A stretch of DNA of 64,000 nt from Eledone cirrhosa (lineage: Eukaryota), in NCBI GenBank assembly GCA_964016885.1, contig OZ024743.1, positions 107,198,001 through 107,262,000 of the forward strand. Reading direction: 5' to 3'. Below the pieces are notes generated by a model, which was given only the letters and a program-made list of their open reading frames with translations, searched no databases and was not told where the DNA came from. Below are positions 55,773 through 64,000 of the stretch, piece by piece. The position numbers were made by a program, and so were the translations under genes. How positions within the stretch are numbered: the stretch's first letter is position 1; every line of letters starts with the position of its first letter.

Positions 55773-56687
55773 TATGACTATGTTTGTTGTTGTATAAAAT
55801 GATGTGTTGCTTAGTTTTCAAAGTTTCTGAACGAAGTTTTGTCGCTGTTGGGTACTAGAGAGAGGGAATAAGCGTGTAAGTAAGAGGATTACAGCATGTA
55901 TTTAGTTTTTATCGATTTTTTTTCACAGAAGCAGGAAAGTGTTGACAAAGTTTATTACGCGTTGACCATCGTTGGTAAATTTGCGAGAACAATGGAAAAG
56001 AAATCATCAAAATAAGTAGAGAAATGTGGAAATGCATAACAATCATACACACACACACAGAGACAGACATCTTCCGTTTTATATATATAGAGATAGCATA
56101 ACCATATTGAGAGTTTTTATCCCGCGAATTGATTAAGTTAGTTCACTATTTAATTAGACATCAATTAAGATATATAGATTAGATATGTTGAGGAACTTAA
56201 AAATTCGTTGGACGAGAGAAAAGATATTCCCACTAAGTTAAAAAAATGATTTGCATTGTAAAATAGTTATCTTTCTTTTGTTTACATTGTCCGTAAATTA
56301 TATTAGCTTGCAAAAAAATATATATAAAATACAGATTAATAAATAATATTTCATAGTTTAATAGTACATAGACTATCATTAAACTTAAACTATATTGATT
56401 AGAATAATTAAATATTGAAGTAAATATAAATATATCCCTTCATTAAGTGAAATAAAGTTTATGGAGAGTAAATATAACCACATGTAGATTTTAAAAAATA
56501 AATGAAAATATATAAAAAAAATAACGAATTTTCACATAAAGTAGAATTTTGAATTAATTTAGATGATAAATGAACAAAATATATTATATATTCATATAGA
56601 TATATGCATTTTTAATACATTTTAATACATATTTAACAGATATTTAATAAACATTAGAGATAAAATGTTTAATATTTAATGTATAAT

Positions 56688-56836
56688 TGTTTCTACGTTA
56701 GGCACAAGGCCAGCAATTATCCAGTGTATTACTGGTACTTTATTTTATCGACCCCGTAAGGATGAAAGGCAAAGTTAACCTCGGCGGGATTTGAACTCAG
56801 AATGGCAAGGGCTATAACTCTATGCGTCAAAGCATG
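56688..56836 (-). mobile_element. 5'-truncated SINE with aatgtataat TSD
   Basis: Matches SINE; direct repeat on both sides. Confidence 0.85.
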
Positions 56837-57349
56837 AATGTATAATGCTAATTAGAATATCTTACCTTATAATAAAACATTGTCATAATCTAGAATGAAT
56901 TAAATTAAATTAAATTAAATTAAATTAAGCATATAAATTTGTAACGAACTTAAATATTCGATTACCGTAGAAATTAATCTATGCTTAATAATCTAGATAT
57001 ATTATAAACTTATAATTAAAGAAAGCGTAATCCAATACAAGCGTAATCCAATATAATAATATGAATAATTTTTGAATTTTTTGTCTAGGATTTGAATACG
57101 TTTTTTTTTTATTCTCTCGTCTTCGTTATACTTTCCTTTTCCTTTTCTCCTTTTCTTTATTTCCCTTCTTTTCTCCCCTCATCTTCCCTTTTCTTCTTTT
57201 CGTTAAACCCTTTTTTTTCTCTCTGCATCTTCCCTTCCTTTCAACGCCCCTTCTATATTTCTCTAAGTTTATCATATTATTTGTGGTAATGTTGAGTGTT
57301 AGGGAAATAACTTACTACCACTACAGGAATTGAAGATTCAAGACCTTAG

Positions 57350-57585
57350 GGGTATGTCGTATAACCAATCTCTTATATATTTTATCCGATGAAAACGTAC
57401 TGAAAAACCATTGTACCTTTGAAATATGTATAATAAAATATATACTTTGGTTATGATAATATTTCTCATTTATTAATATTTTGAATAATATTATAGATAT
57501 TCCAGATAAATAACTGTCGAGTTCTTCTAACCTATTGTAAAATTGAATTCATTCATCAACGAACCATATAAAGATTTTGTTATGT
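57350..57585 (+). mobile_element. PLE pLTR plus tail, same family as 39920-40380; HHR at 57374-57444 (core CCGATGA)
   Basis: ggtatgtcgtataaccaatctc.. shared with 40233-40377; tail matches 39920-40013. Confidence 0.8.
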
Positions 57586-57612
57586 ATATATGTACATATA
57601 TATATATATACA

Positions 57613-57810
57613 TTTAATATAGAAAGGGCTTCTACATAACCAGAACTGTTTCATTCGGGAGAAATCAACAGGAAACGCTTCCCTGATGATTTCTCCTGAA
57701 TGGAACAGTTCTAGTCCCGTAGAAGCCATTTCTATACTAAATATATATACTCTACTATGTATTGAGTACCTTTCTTACTGTGGTTACCCCCGATTGAACC
57801 CGGGATAAAC
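57613..57810 (+). mobile_element. Decayed fold-back mini element of the 391-864 family; HHR remnant at 57677-57726
   Basis: gcttc-cCTGATGA-tTTCtcctGAAt-GGAA-cagttctagtcccGTA-gaagc; tail is the reverse complement of 397-460. Confidence 0.8.
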
Positions 57811-57829
57811 ATATGTATATATATATATA

Positions 57830-58137
57830 TTGACATAAATATTGACAACCATTACTGTTAGAAGCTTCCGGGAGATTCCAACAGTAATGGTTGCATTCTT
57901 TAAGGGTATGTCAATATTTATCTATACAACTGCTCTATATTATATTTTATCTGATGAAAGCACACCATAATTTAACTTGGTGTCCTTGAAATATGTATAA
58001 TGAAATAAATATGGTTTTATAAATATAGTTTCCATTTGTTAATATTGTATTTTTACTCCAATTATTTGTTGAGTGCTTTATACCAGTTATAAAAATATTT
58101 GCTTGTTGCATCCCAACAATTTAAATAGAACTTTTAC
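57830..58137 (+). mobile_element. PLE pLTR plus tail related to 49054-53402; HHR at 57941-58010
   Basis: tattttat-CTGATGA-aag.acacca..tggtgt.ctt-GAAA-tatgta-TA-atgaaata; 5' short fold-back caaccattactgtt/aacagtaatggttg. Confidence 0.8.
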
Positions 58138-58151
58138 ATATATATATATAA

Positions 58152-58247
<96 letters not shown>

Positions 58248-58940
58248 ATCTCTCTCTCTCTCTCTCTGTGCTGTGCCTATATCTGTTTTTCTTTATCCGT
58301 AACGTAGTAATGCTGAAAAATTAAATTGCTAAAATAATACACGTCTTGGAAACAAAATCGTACTAGAGTCGATATGATGTACTAAATCTCTTTAATGTTG
58401 TTTCCCAGCCTGGCAGCGGTCGAAGGACAACCGGTAGAATAATTAGAGAATAAAAGAATGAATGTCCGTACATGCAAATAACGGTAAAATGTAACTACTA
58501 GCAAATAGTTTAGCATCAGGAGCTATGTTTATTTTTTAAATTTAATTATCTATATATTTAATCGATTTAAACGTCCACGTAAAGCTGGTAAGCCATGGAT
58601 GAATCAGTAATGCATAAAATACCCCTTATAATGTGTATGCTTTCAGTGACATGGCCGTAATAAGTGCACAAGCACTTATAGTGTAGTTGATAGATACATA
58701 AAAGTAAACTTTATTCAACAAATTTCAATTAAATTATTTAATGTTGGCAATAAAGGAATATTGAAAATAAGGAAAAGCGGGGTGGAGAGGGAGAGAGCGA
58801 TAGAGATAGATAGATATATAGAGAGAGAGATAGAGAGAGAGAGATAGGGAGAGAGAATGAGTTATATATATATATATATATATATATAAGGATTAGAATA
58901 CTGGAGCGTGTTGGAGTTAAACACCCTCTTCGTATTATAG

Positions 58941-59575
<635 letters not shown>

Positions 59576-60329
59576 TGACAAACAAAATAACGCAAATAAG
59601 CTGTGAACGAGTTACGTGCTCTGTTTCCTAACCTCCATTTACTGTATTATCTTTTCCATGATATACTGCCACTCCAATATTCGTATTTCTTCAAAGACAG
59701 GTTTTAAAATGTTCTCTCAATCAGACTGATAGATTTTACAAATATTACCATAAAATTTCAGCCTAGCCTCCACAATAACATAGAGGTGATTTTATGCACC
59801 GAGTGAAGAATTTTGCGAGAGTTACTAAAATTAATAATTATTTCATTAAAAAATTTTCTGATATAGAATTATGTTGAAACGTTTTAATATAAATAGGAAC
59901 CCTTTAAAATGAATGGCTTTGTTCCAATGAGGCAAACTCAGGGAGTTAGTAAACCTTAAGGGAATATAGCCCTTCCAAACCACGGTCTTCGTTTATTAAC
60001 CTTATTCAGTGCCTGATACGTGTTAAACGTTGACAGACTCACATTAAAATAAACAGCTTTGTATGGTAGAACCATGTGCGATTCCATGCGGTTAAGTATT
60101 AAAATAGTTGGGTGGTGACTTTGTTGGACAAGGCATCTACACGCTTCGGTACATTTCTCTCCTTTTACTACTTCCGTATTTGATCGCTGTTTGGTCTCTA
60201 CTGAAGATAATGAAAGTACTGAGTGACATGACACATGTTGGGATATATGAAACTAGTCCTTATATCCACTACATTCTTATCGCAACAGTTTAGTTCATCC
60301 GGCTGTCACTGTTGCTAATGGATATGATG

Positions 60330-60865
60330 CTTATAGAGTTATATAGAGTTCTGATAATGATTGCATTGATATTATCTGTGGTATGCTCTTATGTTACTTT
60401 TGCTGATAATAATCACGTTGGTATTGATGATGATGACGATGATGGTAGTGGTGGTGGTGCTGGTATTGGTGATGGTGATGGTTGTTGTTATGCTAGTGTT
60501 GGTGATGATAGATGTGGTAGTGATGGTATTGGTAGTAATGGTGGTAATAGTGGGTAGTGGTGATGGTGGTGGTGGTGGTAATGGTGATCGTGGAACTGGT
60601 GGTGGTGCTGGTAGTGGTGGCGTTGGTGATATTGAAGGTGGTGGTTGTGAAGGTGGTGTTAGTGCTGGTTGTGATGGTGGCGGTAATGTTAGTGTTGGTG
60701 GTTGTGTTGCTGGTAGCGCTGGTGGTGGCAGTGCTGGTATTGGTAGTGATGGTGGTGGAAATGCTCGTATTGATAGTGATGGTGGTGGCAGTGCTCGTAT
60801 TGGTAGTGATGGTGGTGGCGGTGTTAGTGATTGTGAAAACAGTAGTGATGAAGATATGGTATATG
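60330..60865. repeat. (GGT/GAT)-rich low-complexity tract
   Basis: Direct inspection. Confidence 0.85.
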
Positions 60866-60867
60866 AT

Positions 60868-61053
60868 AATTGTTTCTACTTTTGGCACAAGGCCAGCAAT
60901 CATCCCAGTGTATTACTGGTACTTTATTTATCGACCCTGTAAGGATGAAAGGCAAAGTTAACCTCGGCTGGATTTGAACTCAGATCATAAAGGGAGGTAA
61001 TTCTAGGCTTCAAAGCATGGCGTCCGACCCTCTATCGATACTGCCAATCCACC
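60868..61053 (-). mobile_element. Full-length SINE
   Basis: Matches SINE consensus; imperfect TSD atgaaga..atatggta. Confidence 0.88.
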
Positions 61054-61189
61054 AATGAAGACGAATATGGTAATGATGTAAATGATAATAATGATGGTTA
61101 TAGTAATGAAGTAGATAACAAGGAAGATGATGTTAGTACCGGTGGTTATAATTGAAGAGAATATAGATAATTGAATCTTCACTGCCCAA

Positions 61190-61590
61190 TATCCCACACG
61201 TATTGGATACTAGAACATAAGAACGCTGTACGCATCATCCAAGCTTGTTCAAGTCATCAAGGGAATGGAGCACTACAATCTAAATTTGGTAGGCCTCAGT
61301 GATGTCCGTTGCATTGATACAGGACAATATAGATCAGGTGACAAGACTCTTCCGTTTTCAGGACGTCAAGATGGAGTATATCAATCTGGAGTGTACCTAT
61401 TTTGGATAAGTCAGGGCCTTTGAGGAGTGTGCACCCATAAATGAACGAATTATTGACATCAAGATATGTCACCTCACACGCTAAAGTGTGTTAAAATAGT
61501 GTTACGCTTCAAAGGATTAACATACATCCTACCAACATCTTCAGGACGTAGTAGACATGATACCCCTTCATAATATTACCTTATAGGTTA
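61190..61590 (+). mobile_element. Decayed RTE apurinic-endonuclease fragment
   Basis: TRIGY*NIRTLY..KLVQVIKGMEHYNLNLVGLSDVR..SGRQDG..GV..PINERI. Confidence 0.7.
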
Positions 61591-61762
61591 GTCTGTTTTT
61601 AGTTCACCTGATTAATAGATAACGTATTTGTTAAGGATACATTTAGAAACTTTAAAATGTTACACTTACAATGCCCTATCATATGAGATGGTAGCGAAAT
61701 ACCTGAAAAAAATAATAATGGTTTTTAGTTTAGGCCTAAGTCTAAGTGTTACCCCAGTGTGA

Positions 61763-61801
<39 letters not shown>

Positions 61802-62159
61802 TGTGACATACATATACACCAGGTTCGAACACAAAGGAACCAAACTCCCAATGTCACTGCCTCCATCTCTCCCGCTCTCCACATCTCTCACTATTATGAG
61901 TAAATGGGGATCAATGCACTGGCCATCCCGTGGCCCCGGCAGACAGAATATAAATCATCTGGGCACATATGAATGTCCAGATTGGATGAAGTAGAAAGGG
62001 TTTGAGCATGTCCTGGGTCCTTATACCTTTACTAACGGCACTGACAATGAACGACATGAAGATCGGATCATTCTTCTTCGAACAAATGTCCATCCATAAG
62101 ATCGCAATATCAATATAGATATTAAGATCTTGATGTTGTTGCTATTGACAGAAAAGTGT

Positions 62160-62440
62160 CGGCAGCGGCGGCGGCGGCGGTGGTGGTGGTGGTGGTGGTG
62201 GTGGTGGGAGCAGCGAAGTTTTCGTTGTTAGTGGTGGTTGTGTTGATAGCGATGGTGCTGGTAGGTGCAGTGTTTGAGTTGGTTCCATTGATGCTGGTTG
62301 CGGTGATGGTGGTGACCGCTGTGTTGGTGTTGGGTGGTAGTTCTGGCGTTTCTCTTGTTAGTAGTGCGGCATTAATATTATAGTGGTAGGAGTATGTTCG
62401 TAACGATAATAGAGTAGTTATATCTGTGATAGTGGAGGTG

Positions 62441-62493
<53 letters not shown>

Positions 62494-63240
62494 TGCTGTT
62501 GTTGCTGTAATGGTAACAAGAGCAGGTTGATGGTGGTGATGTGGGGGGGGGGGATAGGGGCGTTTGTGGTGGCGGTGGTGAAAGTTGGTGAAAAGCAGAC
62601 GAATGAAAAGAGTACACTTAAATACGCAGACTGTATTTATTATGTCGGAACTGATTGACAATCTCTAAAAGGTTACAAGAAGAACAATAAAAACTCTTAC
62701 TACAATACTACTGCTGCTACTACACCAACCACAACGCTTGCTACCTTACTTCAATACTACAGCAATAACAACACCAACGGCTATAATACAACAAAGGCAA
62801 AAACATTGACAGCATTTCGTATAATACTACAACAACTGCAACAACAACACTTATTGCAATGTTACTACAACTACAGCAATAATATGACAACGACAATACC
62901 ACCACCACCAACAACAAAACAACAACTACAACATCAACAAAACGTATTACAAAACTACAACAATAAAAACAAAACAACAGTATCTCCTAAAAGACCATTA
63001 CAATAACAACAACAGTGATAACAATAAAAAGACCACTTACTACATTATTACAACAACAACAGCTGCAAAAACAACAATAATAATACTACGCTACAACAAC
63101 TACAACTAAAACAATGGCATCACTTACAACAATAATACTACAAGGCCAACTACAAATTCAAAAAAAAATCACACTGCAATTCTACAGCACTACTACAACA
63201 GTACTTACTACTATACAACGAAAACAACTGCAAAAGCAAC
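62160..63240. repeat. Low-complexity (GGT)/(GTA)/(CAA) tracts
   Basis: Direct inspection. Confidence 0.85.
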
Positions 63241-63253
63241 TCGAATATTACTA

Positions 63254-63424
63254 CAGTGAAATTCCGTTATAACGTAATTTCCCGGGGTATAAACAAATTC
63301 GGTGTAACGAAAAATACTTTATAACGAGAGCGACCGAAAAAAAATCGAGCTTTTGTTTGTTCCTTTCACGGGGATTGAACAAATTTCGTTATGTTGAAAA
63401 TTCGTTATAACGGGATTTTACCTG
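63254..63424. mobile_element. pogo/Tigger-like MITE with TA TSD
   Basis: TA-CAGTGAAATTCCGTTATAACG ... CGTTATAACGGGATTTTACCTG-TA. Confidence 0.8.
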
Positions 63425-63439
63425 TACTAAAACAATAAT

Positions 63440-63622
63440 TGTTTCTACTTTAGGCACAAAGCCAGCAATTACTCAGTACATTAGTGGTACTTTATTTTAT
63501 CGACCCCGCAAGGATGACAGGCAAAGTTAACCTCGGCGGGATTTGAACTCAGACTGTAAAGGGACGTAACTATGCAAGAAAGCATGGCGTCCAACCCTCT
63601 ACCGATACTGCCAATTCACCGC
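63440..63622 (-). mobile_element. Full-length SINE with 19-bp TSD
   Basis: cctgtactaaaacaataat at 63421-63439 and 63623-63641. Confidence 0.9.
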
Positions 63623-63869
63623 CCTGTACTAAAACAATAATACCACCTGGTACATCAAACACAAAAAAAACTACAATTACTACTGCTAATAAAACAACAA
63701 CTTTCTCCACTTTACAACACATTCAAAAACAACATCATCTTCTACAATACAGTACTACAAATACAAATGTAACAAGAACAACAACTTATAAATTACGAAA
63801 ACCCCCCAAAAATAGTAGTCTCGACAAAAAAAGAAGGCAAGAGACGTAAGTTCAAACATGGCTGTTAAT

Positions 63870-64000
63870 AATGGTTTCTTATATAGGCACAAGGCCAGCA
63901 ATATTGGGAGAGGGGGAAGTTGATTAAATGGACCCCAGTGCCTGACTGGAACTTTATTTTATCGACCCCGTAAGGATGAAAGGCAAAGCTAACCTCGGCA
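63870..64000 (-). mobile_element. SINE variant 3' part, runs off the window
   Basis: ggcacaaggccagcaa..actttattttatcgaccccgtaaggatgaaaggcaaag. Confidence 0.8.

Larger units (their letters stand above)
54658..56093 (-). mobile_element. Internally deleted Helitron with both termini
   Basis: Minus strand 5' TC (tctctatatatataaaacggaagatgtctgtc..), 3' gagcaacgccggg hairpin then CTAG, A|T target; helicase remnant. Confidence 0.85.

Noticed and set aside
60010-60060. Good-looking splice acceptor (tattaac..ttcag)
   Set aside because: All three frames hit stops within 25 nt
61950-62060. IIWAHMNVQIG*SRKGFEHVLG, weak RTE endonuclease resemblance
   Set aside because: Short and degenerate; not enough support to annotate

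Overview
AT-rich, microsatellite-dense eukaryotic (non-prokaryotic) DNA, almost entirely repeats. The SINE and repeat content suggests an octopod cephalopod (inference). No intact host gene is visible, and most of the supplied ORFs are microsatellite artefacts. Recognisable parts: (i) several Penelope-like retroelements (PLEs; RT plus GIY-YIG with CNC and CxLC..C(R/K)H motifs, Naiad-like) and many miniature fold-back derivatives. Nearly all sit in (TA)n tracts, and I count about 17 type I hammerhead-ribozyme (HHR) folds by eye. (ii) A 5'-truncated L1/Tx1-type LINE, R4/Dong-like and HERO-like RLE LINE fragments, and RTE fragments. (iii) A deleted Helitron with both ends and a PIF1 remnant. (iv) Mariner and pogo-type remnants. 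(v) More than 15 copies of a tRNA-derived SINE. The most notable signals are the HHR-bearing palindromic mini-elements with a fixed arm/tail architecture, a small hairpin shared at that boundary by diverged families, non-canonical HHR cores, and a phase-compatible chain of candidate microexons from an unidentified + strand host gene. All folds and alignments were made by eye; coordinates may be off by a few bases.
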